The notes: generated from the letters alone by a model not told the origin. Positions 33,141 to 43,624 are shown, counted from the first letter of the stretch. The stretch: 58,485 nt of DNA from an uncultured archaeon (GCA_964583985.1 CAZOYD010000012.1:1-58485), one strand, 5' to 3'. Made by a program: numbers and translations.

Positions 33141-33980
33141 TTAGCGTCCTTCAAGTTGAGTCTTTATTTGATCCTTAAGGATTTCTTTCTTGCTCTTAAA
33201 TTCCATTTTAGCATCAGTTGGACCGCCAATTCGCTTAAGGAATTCAATAGCCAATATTTTTCCATTTTCAGATAAGATACGAGGGGAATAGTCCTCAGCA
33301 AAAAACACTCCTTCGGGAATGCTTCCAACCCTTGAAATTTCTTTCGTGACTTCCGTCTTGCCGAGAAAAGTTTGCACTTTTTCAACAACAGAATATGCAT
33401 TATCACCAATAATTATGATTTCTCGTTCAAAACCATCAGGAATTTTAATCTCCTCGAGTTTTTTCATAATCTCTTCGTAATTCACATGGCTTTCTTCTTG
33501 CATCATGGATGAGAAGGAGCCTTGACCAGTATATAAGGGACCAGAATTCTGAGATGCCCTATTCTTAGAACCGCCAATGTTCATTCCCTCTGCGGGTTCT
33601 GGGACTCCAAACGGATCCTTTTCCCTTAAAGGATGAATGGATGGAGCCGTAACTTTTGTTGGAGCGTCAGATTTAATTTCCTTCGCTATTCCTCCTTCTG
33701 TTTTTCCTCCAATTAGGCTAAGAAATTCATCTGTCTCGTCTGCTTCATCAAGAGGGACGACTGCAAAGTGCATACCTACCTGGCCACGAATCTCTTGACT
33801 TCTTTTTGCTCCAATAAACTTCGATCTCACGCTACTTGTTAATCCCTTCCATAAAAAGACCTTTCTGACATCGTCAGCAACTAGAATATAACATTCCTCT
33901 GTTTTTAATATATCTTTAATCGGTCCCTGTGTTGTAATTTCCGTTGTTGTTCCATCAAGGTTAATCTTAAAGACTTGCAC
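33141..33980 (-). CDS. Gelsolin-domain protein with an additional C-terminal domain (Asgard single-gelsolin + domain X type)
   Basis: LKTEECYILV...VFLWKGLTSSVRSKFIGA...LDEADETDEFL gelsolin repeat signature. Confidence 0.8.
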   Translation of the reverse strand: MQVFKINLDGTTTEITTQGPIKDILKTEECYILVADDVRKVFLWKGLTSSVRSKFIGAKRSQEIRGQVGMHFAVVPLDEADETDEFLSLIGGKTEGGIAKEIKSDAPTKVTAPSIHPLREKDPFGVPEPAEGMNIGGSKNRASQNSGPLYTGQGSFSSMMQEESHVNYEEIMKKLEEIKIPDGFEREIIIIGDNAYSVVEKVQTFLGKTEVTKEISRVGSIPEGVFFAEDYSPRILSENGKILAIEFLKRIGGPTDAKMEFKSKKEILKDQIKTQLEGR

Positions 33981-34138
33981 TTATTCTTATCACCTATAAT
34001 GTAATCTCCAAGTTTTATTTCAAAAATTTAGTCAATTAATAAATTCTTATAATATAAGAAAAGTTAATCTTAATAAATTTTTATTAAAAGATAAAATGTT
34101 TGTGTTAATGTGAGAACTGATCAAATGGAGTAAAAAAT

Positions 34139-35707
34139 TCAGATGGTTTCTTGTAATTTCAGTATCACATTATTAACATTTTTAATCATATCCATTGTCG
34201 TGAATCGTGGACCAATCTCTGATTTACAATATTCACCTAAATATCCATTCAAGAATGTTGCTGAACAAGCCGATTGAAACATATCATTTTTAGTACTGAC
34301 AAAACAAGTACATAATCCAGCAAGGACATCACCTGTTCCACCCATTGCCATTTCAGGGCACCCCGTTTTATTTAATTTTACTTTATTTTTTGATGCTATA
34401 TAATCAATGTGACCTTTAACAATTATAGTAACATCTAATTTTTTCGCCAGATCATGTAGAATTTTCACGCGATCCTCTACTTTTTCATGGGAGGGTAAGG
34501 TTATCCCCGTCATTATTTTTAATTCTCCTTCATGAGGAGTTAAGATGCACTGTGATCCTTTAATAATCTCTAAATGATTTTTAATAAGTTTTAAAGCATC
34601 TGCATCTAACACGAATTTCTTATCATTTTCTACTAAATAGTGTAATACATTTTCCAGTAATTTCTCGGTTTGAGATTCAATTCCTAACCCTGGGCCAATT
34701 AAAATACAATCTGCCCAATTGATCAGTCGTTTAATCTCATCAAATGAATCCATATTTAACCACTCTCCAGGACTACTTCTAATAATCAGATTAGGAGAAT
34801 ATCCCCTTACCACATTGGAAATAATTTCTGGCACAAAAGTAATGACCAAATCACATCCAAAATGAATTGCTGTTAAGGATGGATAAGTAGGAGCGCCAGT
34901 ATAATTTTTTGAGCCTCCTATTACTAATATCTGTCCAAATTGGCCTTTATGATCATTCATTTGTCGCTTTTTCAATGTTGGTAATAGGTCACCCCTTCCG
35001 ACCACGATACTTGCTTCTATTGGGATTCCAATTGGTTTTACAATTACTTCTTTAATATAATCATTTTTTGATTTAAATCCCAATTTTTTTTTGTGAAATG
35101 TGACTACTAAATCCGCTACAACAGCCACATCACTAACTTTTCCGCTGTTAGGGTCCATCCCTGAGGGAATATCGATAGAAACAATATTAAAACGATCATC
35201 TTCTTTTTTAATGTCATTTATCGTTGTGATGCAAGAAGAGATTGGCTCTCGGATTTTTCCTTGAATCCCTGTTCCCAATAATCCATCTATTATCACCTTA
35301 TTTTTCAAATTATTCTTAATGAGATCTTTTATTTCTATCAGATTCGCTGAATCTTTTATCACTTTTCGCTCAATGAAATACTCCAAGTTTAGTAAAATGT
35401 CCCAATTCGATTTTGATTCCTTTGTTCTAATTTTATCAGGATCCCCCACCAATATTACTAATGATGGAATGCATTGGGATGCCAAATGTCTGGCAACGAC
35501 AAAAGCATCGCCACCATTATTACCAGTTCCCGCAAAAATCACTACTTTTGCAGTATTATTTAATTGATATTTATTGATAATTTCCGTGGCAAGTGAATAT
35601 CCCGCACATTCCATTAAAAGAATTTTGTTGATTCCTAACCACTCTGAGTTATTATCCAAAATTGATATTTCTTCGGATGTAATTTTTTCAGATATAAATC
35701 GCTCCAT
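34139..35707 (-). CDS. nnr: Bifunctional NAD(P)H-hydrate epimerase/dehydratase
   Basis: LMECAG, GTGNNGGD, DGLLGTG, DIPSG; HKGQFG, GPGLG, LDADAL, LTPHEGE, GGTGDVLAG. Confidence 0.93.
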   Translation of the reverse strand: MERFISEKITSEEISILDNNSEWLGINKILLMECAGYSLATEIINKYQLNNTAKVVIFAGTGNNGGDAFVVARHLASQCIPSLVILVGDPDKIRTKESKSNWDILLNLEYFIERKVIKDSANLIEIKDLIKNNLKNKVIIDGLLGTGIQGKIREPISSCITTINDIKKEDDRFNIVSIDIPSGMDPNSGKVSDVAVVADLVVTFHKKKLGFKSKNDYIKEVIVKPIGIPIEASIVVGRGDLLPTLKKRQMNDHKGQFGQILVIGGSKNYTGAPTYPSLTAIHFGCDLVITFVPEIISNVVRGYSPNLIIRSSPGEWLNMDSFDEIKRLINWADCILIGPGLGIESQTEKLLENVLHYLVENDKKFVLDADALKLIKNHLEIIKGSQCILTPHEGELKIMTGITLPSHEKVEDRVKILHDLAKKLDVTIIVKGHIDYIASKNKVKLNKTGCPEMAMGGTGDVLAGLCTCFVSTKNDMFQSACSATFLNGYLGEYCKSEIGPRFTTMDMIKNVNNVILKLQETI

Positions 35708-35818
35708 AACATATAAAATTAAGTCACTGTAATAAAAAAGGATTATCTCAATTTAACAAAAAGACAAGAATCTAAAGACATGTAAGCATTTTAATAAAAT
35801 CAAATCAAATTATATTTT

Positions 35819-36619
35819 ATGAAAGATCACTACAAAAAAGTAGCGCTTGTAACAGGAAGTACTCACGGAATTGGAAAAGCAATAGTTATAGAACTGGCTA
35901 AAATCGATTGTTCTGTGGTCATTAATGGAGCTAATACAAACAATCTTCCAAATGATTATATTTCAGAATTAGGAACCATATTTAGAGAGGATTTAGAAAA
36001 TAGATTTCTATTTGTAAGAGCAGATATTAGTGTGGAAGAAGAAAGGAACAAACTAATAGAAGTGATAAAAAAGAAGTTTAATAGAATTGATATACTAGTA
36101 AATAATGCAGGAGTTGCTCCAAAAATCAGGTGTGATCTTTTGGAATCAACTGAAGAATCTTATGATCACATCATGAACATAAATCTTAAAGGACCTTATT
36201 TTTTAACGCAATCAATCGCAAAATGGATGATAGAAATAAAAAATAAACTTAAAGGAGATTATTCTCCATACATTATCAATATCTCATCCATTAGCAGAAA
36301 TACATCATCAACAACTAGGGGTGAGTATTGTCTTTCTAAATCAGGTGTTAGCATGATGACAAAATTATACGGAGACCGATTAGCAGAGCACGGAATTTAC
36401 GTGTTTGAAATATCCCCGGGGATCATTGATACACCCATGACAAAAAGCGTACATGAGAAATACGACAAATTAATTGAAGATGGTATTACCCCCATTAAAC
36501 GGTGGGGGAAACCTATTGATGTGGCTAAACCAGTAGTTGCTATTGTATCTGGCTTAATTCCCTTTTCTACGGGTTCTGTACTAGATATTGATGGAGGATT
36601 TCATATAAAAAGACTCTAA
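35819..36619 (+). CDS. Short-chain dehydrogenase/reductase
   Basis: TGSTHGIG, NNAG, YCLSK, PGIIDT. Confidence 0.9.
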   Translation: MKDHYKKVALVTGSTHGIGKAIVIELAKIDCSVVINGANTNNLPNDYISELGTIFREDLENRFLFVRADISVEEERNKLIEVIKKKFNRIDILVNNAGVAPKIRCDLLESTEESYDHIMNINLKGPYFLTQSIAKWMIEIKNKLKGDYSPYIINISSISRNTSSTTRGEYCLSKSGVSMMTKLYGDRLAEHGIYVFEISPGIIDTPMTKSVHEKYDKLIEDGITPIKRWGKPIDVAKPVVAIVSGLIPFSTGSVLDIDGGFHIKRL

Positions 36620-36631
36620 TAGGTGAAAAAA

Positions 36632-38644
36632 ATGGAAAACAATCTTTTAAATATAGATGATTTTGAGATAGAAGAATACAATTCAATTGTAATAGGATCT
36701 GGTGCTGCTGGGCTCAATTGTGCACTTCATTTAGTAAAAGAAGGCTTATCTCGCCTTGAAGTTGCGATCATAACGGATAAATTAGGTGGAGGTACTTCAT
36801 TCAATGCAGGCTCCGATAAACAGACCTATTATAAAATGGCAATTGTTGGCGATCAGGAAGATTCTCCATTTAACATGGCAAATGATTTGATGAAGGGAGG
36901 AGCAATGCATGGAGATCTAGCACTTATAGAAGCTACCAACTCTATCAGAGAATTTTTTCATTTAATCGAGTTAGGAGTTCCGTTTCCCCATGATGAATAT
37001 GGCGCTTATGTAGGATATAAAACAGATTATGATCCGAAACAGAGGGCTACTTCCATTGGTCCCTTAACATCACTCATGATGGGAAATTGTTTATTGAGAG
37101 CTGTTAATGATTGTGGTATTCCTATACATGATAACCACAAAGTTATTGAAATTTTACACGATGATTCTGAAGAACCACGTAAAGCGATTGGAGTTATTTG
37201 TATTAATAAAGAAAAGTTGTTTAATAGTGATAATATCTCCGAACTGCCTGATTTATTTAGAATTTTCAAAGCGAGGAATATTATTATCGCTACTGGAGGT
37301 CCTGCGATCCTCTATAAGGATTCAGTTTACCCAAAATCACAATCGGGAATGACAAGTTTAGCCATCAATGCTGGATGTACACTTCAAAATTTAACAGAAT
37401 CACAATTTGGAATAGCATCTCTAAAATTTCGATGGAATTTATCGGGATCCTATCAACAGGTTATTCCAAGGTATTATTCGGTAGATGAATCAGGTCAACA
37501 AAAAGAATTTCTCAATGAATTATTCCCTTCATTCAAGGAATTATCACGTGCTACATTTTTAAAAGGTTATCAGTGGCCTTTTAGTCCATCCCGAATTGAG
37601 AATTCGGGCTCATCGCTAATTGATCTGGCTGTTTATCACGAAAGAACGGCATTAGGTAAGAAAGTATATATGGATTTTACAAAAAATCCATCGAATTACT
37701 CTGATGAAGACTTATCAGAATTAGCTCGGAACTATCTAAAAAAATCGGATTCTCTTAATAGCATTCCCATTGAAAGATTAAAAAAGTTAAACATCGAGGC
37801 AGTCAATATCTATAAAAGAAACAAGATCGACCTTGAAGTCGATCCTATTGAGATTGGTATATGTAATCAACATTTGAATGGTGGAATAAGTGTTGATCAA
37901 TGGTGGGAGTCTTCAATTAGTCATATTTTTGCTATTGGAGAAGTGAATGGAAATCATGGTGTTCATAGGCCGGGGGGATCTGCTCTCAATGCGGGACAAA
38001 TAGGAGGACTAAGAGCTGCCCAAAAAATTTCCGAGAAATATACGTTTATACAATCCTCAAATGAAAAAAAATTCAAATTTATAGCTCAGAGGACATTAAA
38101 CACGTTGTTTAACGAAATTGAAAATGCTTTCAATAAATCAGAAAAAAAAGTAACCCTTCAAGAAATTTTGGAGCAAATTCAATTGCGAATGTCTCGTTTT
38201 GGGTCCATAATTCGCTCTAATGATGGTCTTAAGGCAGAAATAAAATTGGTGGTAGATTCATTACAATCGCTTGAACTCGAGACACGACTGAAAAATTATA
38301 ATGATCTTGTAAATTATTTCCAAATCAAGGATTCTTTATTAACCCAATTATTTATCTTAACAGCTATTTCCGATTACCACGCTAATAACGGAACAAGTAG
38401 AGGATCCTATTTGATATTAAGAGAAAATTTAGCAGGGAATGAACGTCATGTGATTCCTCCTAAGCATCTTAAGCAATATAAATTCGTATTAGCTAATGAT
38501 ATTCATGCTCAAAAGATTCAGCAACTCCGTTTAGATGATGGGCAAATAACCATAAATTGGGAAACTGTCCGTGAAATTCCTAAGCAAACGGGGTCGTTTG
38601 AAAACACGTGGAAAAAATTTCAAGATAAAAGGATCTATGATTAA
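36632..38644 (+). CDS. FAD-binding oxidoreductase (SdhA/FrdA/NadB flavoprotein-like)
   Basis: IGSGAAG, IIATGG, QHLNGGI, AIGEV, HRPGGSALN, SRG. Confidence 0.8.
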   Translation: MENNLLNIDDFEIEEYNSIVIGSGAAGLNCALHLVKEGLSRLEVAIITDKLGGGTSFNAGSDKQTYYKMAIVGDQEDSPFNMANDLMKGGAMHGDLALIEATNSIREFFHLIELGVPFPHDEYGAYVGYKTDYDPKQRATSIGPLTSLMMGNCLLRAVNDCGIPIHDNHKVIEILHDDSEEPRKAIGVICINKEKLFNSDNISELPDLFRIFKARNIIIATGGPAILYKDSVYPKSQSGMTSLAINAGCTLQNLTESQFGIASLKFRWNLSGSYQQVIPRYYSVDESGQQKEFLNELFPSFKELSRATFLKGYQWPFSPSRIENSGSSLIDLAVYHERTALGKKVYMDFTKNPSNYSDEDLSELARNYLKKSDSLNSIPIERLKKLNIEAVNIYKRNKIDLEVDPIEIGICNQHLNGGISVDQWWESSISHIFAIGEVNGNHGVHRPGGSALNAGQIGGLRAAQKISEKYTFIQSSNEKKFKFIAQRTLNTLFNEIENAFNKSEKKVTLQEILEQIQLRMSRFGSIIRSNDGLKAEIKLVVDSLQSLELETRLKNYNDLVNYFQIKDSLLTQLFILTAISDYHANNGTSRGSYLILRENLAGNERHVIPPKHLKQYKFVLANDIHAQKIQQLRLDDGQITINWETVREIPKQTGSFENTWKKFQDKRIYD

Positions 38645-38651
38645 AAATATT

Positions 38652-40031
38652 CTAAGCAGATCCAATATAATATGGATCTCGAACAACACAACCAGTATTT
38701 TTGCCTTCTCTCATCAATTGGGAGCATTTTGAACAAGAGATACATGATTTACGTTCATCAATTATTCCTTGTTGAAAAATTTGCCTTGCAAAATCGGGAT
38801 TTGCAAAGGACATTCTCCCAAAACCACAAATATCAGCCATGGAATTTTCAATGACTCCCGAAGCTAAATTTACCGCATACTGACGGAAATAAGAGTATCC
38901 CGAACCAACAACTTTAATCTCCTTTGAAATGAGATCTTTTATCATTGATGTCAGGTAAATCATTCTATAAACACTTAATAACGGATGTTCATTTGGAAAC
39001 GATCCACCTTTTATTGGCATATCATAAGGACGGGTAATGTGAGGCTTTTGATGAGGATTTCCTGCAGATATATTGATGAGAGTTATGCCCAATTCACCCA
39101 ATTCGTTAATCAATTCGACAGGTTCAGTTAATTCAATGGTTGCGGGAAATTTTTCGTTTTTAATGGGCTTAACGCCAAACCCAATTGGGTAAGGGTTGCC
39201 ATCATAGACTCCTAAACGCGAAGTAATCATGAAATCTGTCTCCTTTCGGAAAATGTTTTGAAGTCTGTTTATGATATTGAAATAAAATTTTGACCGTTTT
39301 TTAAATTCTTTTCCACCATAAAGAGAATCTTGGCGATTCCGAGCAGATAATAGGTCACTAATCAAATAACCGTGACAAGCCTTAATATCAACTCCATCAA
39401 ATCCTGCTTCTTTAGCGAGTATCGCTTTCTGAACCCATAATTCCTCAATTTCTTGGAGTTCATCATCAGATATAATGATACCCTTATCACGTATCATGGA
39501 GGTTGACTCATCTAAATTCAAATTGGGACATATCTTAATAGGAAAACTTTTTCCATCTCTTTTTGTATATCTTCCTGAATGATTTAATTGCAATATGAGA
39601 GAACTTGGATACTCGAATCCTAAGGATTCCAATGTCTTATCAGATTCATTCCTAATGCGTGTCGTAAATTTCTTAAATTCATTGATATTATCTTCAGAAA
39701 GCATTAATTGATGTTCATTAGAACGACAATTATCTGAGATTGCTGTGGCCTCAAACCAAATTAAGCCAACACCTCCTTTGGAATAACGTGTATAACGCCT
39801 ATATGTTAGTTCGCTTGGTGAACCATCTAAATTTGCATCAAATCCCTCCATTGGTTGAACTGCTAATCGATTCGGAATCGTAACATTTTTAATTTGAATA
39901 GAATCTTTTAAAATTTCAATATTAGAGCTAATCGGTAAAGGAATCATTAATTTTTTTAATTTTTTCTCAAGATCCGTCAATGATCTATACTTAAATGGTT
40001 CAAATACCTGAGAAGAAGGATGAATGAACAT
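38652..40031 (-). CDS. NADH:flavin oxidoreductase (Old Yellow Enzyme family) with a C-terminal Fe-S motif
   Basis: NRLAVQPMEG, QLNHSGR, AGFDGVDIKACHGYL, GRMSFANPD, CISCSKC...C. Confidence 0.88.
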   Translation of the reverse strand: MFIHPSSQVFEPFKYRSLTDLEKKLKKLMIPLPISSNIEILKDSIQIKNVTIPNRLAVQPMEGFDANLDGSPSELTYRRYTRYSKGGVGLIWFEATAISDNCRSNEHQLMLSEDNINEFKKFTTRIRNESDKTLESLGFEYPSSLILQLNHSGRYTKRDGKSFPIKICPNLNLDESTSMIRDKGIIISDDELQEIEELWVQKAILAKEAGFDGVDIKACHGYLISDLLSARNRQDSLYGGKEFKKRSKFYFNIINRLQNIFRKETDFMITSRLGVYDGNPYPIGFGVKPIKNEKFPATIELTEPVELINELGELGITLINISAGNPHQKPHITRPYDMPIKGGSFPNEHPLLSVYRMIYLTSMIKDLISKEIKVVGSGYSYFRQYAVNLASGVIENSMADICGFGRMSFANPDFARQIFQQGIIDERKSCISCSKCSQLMREGKNTGCVVRDPYYIGSA

Positions 40032-40107
40032 ATAATCTAATAAAGCTAATTCTAAAAAGAACTTTTCATTTTAATAAAAAGATATAAAAAATGGATATGA
40101 ATAATTT

Positions 40108-40920
40108 ATGACTGATTCTCTTGAAAAATATCATAATTATGGGGCGAATTTAGAAAAATACCTGCGAACCGCAACTTTTCCACTAGCTATTAAGTTAATA
40201 AAAGATGAATCCGAGATCTCAAAAGATTTTAAGCGAGCACATGATAATCTTGACCTGGAAATGTTCGTATGTCAAAATTTTAAAATGGCCCGAACATATG
40301 GTTGGACGATGGCTATTACAGATGAAGATTGTTCTTGTAAGGTCGCTCGAACAGTCTATAATTGGGATGAAGTGACACCAGAATCTATAGAATTTGGAAA
40401 TCAATTTAGCATTGGTCTTTATTCAAGCGATCAAAAAGTTGCAGAAAAATGGACAAAACACCTTCATTTCTTACCCAAACGATATAAAGGAATCATCATA
40501 TCACCATTAACCCGTTCAAAAATCGTACCTGATGTTATTCTGGTGTTTTGTAACCCAGCACAAGCGATGAGATTAATTCAAGCTCAGCTCTATAATGAGG
40601 GAGGAGTATTAGAGTTCACGGCAGCTGGAAGAGCTGGCTCCTGTCATGAAGGGGTTATCAAGACTTTTTTAACTAATAAGCCACAATTAGTAATTTTAGG
40701 GAATGGAGATAGGGTTTGGGGGGGAGCTCAAGATGATGAAATTCTGTTCTCAATACCAGTCTCTTCAATAAAATCAATTATTGACGGATTAGTAGCAACA
40801 CATACTGCAGGTTTACGATATCCCATTCCAACTTATATGAATTATAAACCGGGGTTTCAAATTAAATTCAAGAAAAAAGCTTTAAAGAGATCTGGTGGAA
40901 CACTAGTAAAAAATGATTAA
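40108..40920 (+). CDS. DUF169 family protein
   Basis: P.AIKL, VCQ, CSC, PDVILVFCNPAQAMRL, GSC pattern. Confidence 0.75.
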   Translation: MTDSLEKYHNYGANLEKYLRTATFPLAIKLIKDESEISKDFKRAHDNLDLEMFVCQNFKMARTYGWTMAITDEDCSCKVARTVYNWDEVTPESIEFGNQFSIGLYSSDQKVAEKWTKHLHFLPKRYKGIIISPLTRSKIVPDVILVFCNPAQAMRLIQAQLYNEGGVLEFTAAGRAGSCHEGVIKTFLTNKPQLVILGNGDRVWGGAQDDEILFSIPVSSIKSIIDGLVATHTAGLRYPIPTYMNYKPGFQIKFKKKALKRSGGTLVKND

Positions 40921-40995
40921 TAATTAACTACCTTTTTATTATTGGGATCGAAAATATATTTTTTAATGTTAATTTTAAGCCATAAGATTTATAAA

Positions 40996-41086
40996 GACTG
41001 ACAGTCACTTTTTGAACCAAAAGTTTATAAATGAAAATCAACTCTATTATTTTAATGACCCTCGGTCTAAAAAAATACTATTGGTC
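40996..41086. promoter_or_regulatory. Repeated GAC-N5-GTC palindromes (putative TetR operators) around two TTTATAAA boxes
   Basis: GACTGACAGTC 40996-41006, GACCCTCGGTC 41057-41067, TACTATTGGTC 41076-41086; TATA boxes at 40988 and 41024. Confidence 0.55.
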
Positions 41087-41100
41087 AATCAATTAATAGA

Positions 41101-41784
41101 ATGGTCTTTATGAATAATAAACATAAAATATCAAAACAAATAAGTCGTAAAGAGAAAGAAATAGAACAACGAAAAAAGGATATTCTTATAGTAGCTGAAA
41201 AATTATTTCTTTCTCAGGGATATGACGATACAACTATGGATCAAATTGCTCAAGTAGCAGAATTTAGTAAAGGAACGGTTTATAAATATTTTTCCTCTAA
41301 AGATGAGATATTTCTGACGTTAGGAATAAAATCCTATCAAATGATTATTGATAAAACCAAGAAGCTCACTGAAAATGAAGAACCAGGTGTATCACAACTT
41401 ATCGCAGTTGGGCGCGCGTATTTTGAATTCTATAAAGAAGCTCCTGAATATGCCATGATATTCCATCATATTGGTGACAAACTTCCTTTAATTCTTAACA
41501 AATCCAAAGAAGAACTTACACCAAATGAAAAGGCATATTTAGCTCTGAGTGATGCTTATAGAGATTTATTTGTAGAAATCATTAGTCAAGCAATTAAATA
41601 TAAAAAAATACGCATTGATAAGGATCCCATAATGATAGGGATTACTTTAGCTACCTTAACTAGCGGTTTAATTAAGGAATTGACTCGTAGAAAAAATAAT
41701 TTAGAAAAACTTCAATTAACCAGCGATCAGATCGTTGATTTTGTATTTGAAATGCTTGGTGAGGGATTAAAGCCAAGGGAATAA
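41101..41784 (+). CDS. TetR/AcrR family transcriptional regulator
   Basis: ILIVAEKLF...TTMDQIAQVAEFSKGTVYKYFSSKDEI helix-turn-helix. Confidence 0.93.
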   Translation: MVFMNNKHKISKQISRKEKEIEQRKKDILIVAEKLFLSQGYDDTTMDQIAQVAEFSKGTVYKYFSSKDEIFLTLGIKSYQMIIDKTKKLTENEEPGVSQLIAVGRAYFEFYKEAPEYAMIFHHIGDKLPLILNKSKEELTPNEKAYLALSDAYRDLFVEIISQAIKYKKIRIDKDPIMIGITLATLTSGLIKELTRRKNNLEKLQLTSDQIVDFVFEMLGEGLKPRE

Positions 41785-41805
41785 ATAATTTGAGGAAAAT
41801 TAAAA

Positions 41806-42564
41806 ATGTCGAAAAATGAAAAAGTGAAGAAACCAAATCAAAAATTAAGACGGGGAATGTTGTTTATTTCTTTAATGCTATTTCCAATAACTCTAAATTA
41901 TCTCTCTCCATATGTCATCATCGATGGAGCAATGCAAGGCATCATTAATGGAAGTTTTATTGTGTTTACAGCTCTATTTGTAAGTTCTTTGATTTTCGGA
42001 AGGGCTTTTTGTGCGTATATTTGTCCCGGTGGTGGTTTGATGGAATTTGGAGGAATGGTTCATAACAAGTCATGTAAAGGAGGAAAGCGCAACTTAATCA
42101 AGTGGTTCATATGGGTTCCGTGGATTGGAATGATAGCAACCTTTGCAATATTGGCGGGTGGTTATACATCTATTAACATGCTTCATCTTACTGATTCGGG
42201 GATTTCAGTTGACTCTCCAAGCGGGTATATTATATATTTGTCAGTTGTATTTGGGCTTCTTATTCTCACCTATGTAGCTGGTAAACGAGCAGGTTGTCAC
42301 TATATCTGTTGGATGGCCCCTTTTATGATCATTGGTATATGGATAAAAAATAAGCTTAAATATCCGTCATATCACTTGGAAGTTGAAACTGAAAAATGCA
42401 CGCAATGCAAATTATGCACCAAATCTTGCCCAATGAGCCTTGATGTCACTGCAATGGTGCAAAAAGGTTCAATGGAGAATGTTGAGTGCATTTTATGTGG
42501 CAATTGCGTTGCTACATGTCGGCAGGGGGCCATTTCAACTGCTTGGAAATGGAACAAGAATTGA
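41806..42564 (+). CDS. Membrane 4Fe-4S binding protein (NapH/MauN/FixG-like)
   Basis: GRAFCAYICP, CHYICW, two C-terminal CxxCxxCxxxC motifs, several TM helices. Confidence 0.85.
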   Translation: MSKNEKVKKPNQKLRRGMLFISLMLFPITLNYLSPYVIIDGAMQGIINGSFIVFTALFVSSLIFGRAFCAYICPGGGLMEFGGMVHNKSCKGGKRNLIKWFIWVPWIGMIATFAILAGGYTSINMLHLTDSGISVDSPSGYIIYLSVVFGLLILTYVAGKRAGCHYICWMAPFMIIGIWIKNKLKYPSYHLEVETEKCTQCKLCTKSCPMSLDVTAMVQKGSMENVECILCGNCVATCRQGAISTAWKWNKN

Positions 42565-42707
42565 ATTTATTTTTTTTTTCATTTTTTCCTAAATTAAAGT
42601 TTTAAATCAAACTGGAAGAACGCTAACAAAAGAAGAATTGTCTTACTTCTAATAATAAAAATAATAACTAAAAAGGAATTTTTTATATTATTAATTTTTT
42701 ATTAAGG

Positions 42708-43337
42708 TTATTCTAATCCCATTAAAGTGTTCTTCACTTCAATCATGGAAATTCCTAATTCATCCGCAATTTCTTGAACAGAGCGCTTTAATGTATAGTA
42801 TTGATATTTCAACCACTCAGGGTCCTGAAAAAGATCAATTTTCACATTTCTCTCTTTTTCACATAATTTATCATGAAGGAAATTACCCGTAAATAATAAA
42901 GTAAACGATATTAATGGGGAAATTATAAAGATAAAAGTGAATAAAAAATAGGAAAGATTCGGGACTATTGATCCTTCCCACAACCCCAGATAATGCATAA
43001 AAGAATTTTGTATTAAAAATCCAACCCAATAAATCCCACAAGAAATTAACGCTAATATTCCTCCCATATACCAATCGTGGGCATTTTTAGTTTTGATAGC
43101 AGCATTGCTCGTATTTTTTATGTATTGCTTAATTCCTTTAAATACTAGAATAATTGCATATATAATTATCGCTAAAGAGGCAAAAAAGGGTATAACAAGG
43201 AAAAAAAATAGAAAATTGATAACAAAACCGTAGTGAGTTTCAACCGGGTCAAGGAAAATCGTTAGAAAGATCGTTATGAGAATTAGAATTAATCCAGATA
43301 TTGGAAAAACTACTATCCTAAATACATTTGACTTCAT
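42708..43337 (-). CDS. Hypothetical membrane protein with a C-terminal HTH-like tail
   Basis: Four TM segments; WLKYQYYTLKRSVQEIADELGIS. Confidence 0.6.
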   Translation of the reverse strand: MKSNVFRIVVFPISGLILILITIFLTIFLDPVETHYGFVINFLFFFLVIPFFASLAIIIYAIILVFKGIKQYIKNTSNAAIKTKNAHDWYMGGILALISCGIYWVGFLIQNSFMHYLGLWEGSIVPNLSYFLFTFIFIISPLISFTLLFTGNFLHDKLCEKERNVKIDLFQDPEWLKYQYYTLKRSVQEIADELGISMIEVKNTLMGLE

Positions 43338-43505
43338 TTTTAATTAGTAACATGAAATTTTTATCATTATTATTCATTGAGCAAATATGATATTTAAATC
43401 TGCTGATAAGCTTTACTTTAACATCTTAGTTTTCTAAATAAATTAATCGATTTAATTCTCATACCTATCTGGATATTTAAGTTAGTTGTATTTAAAAAAA
43501 GAAAA

Positions 43506-43611
43506 TGCCGATGGAGGGATTCGAGCCCTCGGCCTCCAGAATACATCCTGTCTGACCCAATTTTCAGTAGGATTATGAGTCTGGCGCTATAGCCAGCTAA
43601 GCCACACCGGC
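43506..43611 (-). tRNA. tRNA-Met(CAU), elongator, with a 32-nt intron (43541-43572, position ~38/39)
   Basis: GCCGGTG/CATCGGC acceptor stem, CCAGA-CTCATAA-TCTGG anticodon arm after intron removal, GAGGG-CTCGAAT-CCCTC T arm. Confidence 0.92.
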
Positions 43612-43624
43612 AATGTTGTGAATG

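Noticed and set aside
43561-43569. Shared 9-mer TACTGAAAA between the tRNA-Met intron and the rubredoxin intron
   Set aside because: Opposite orientation and AT-rich; too short to infer a common origin
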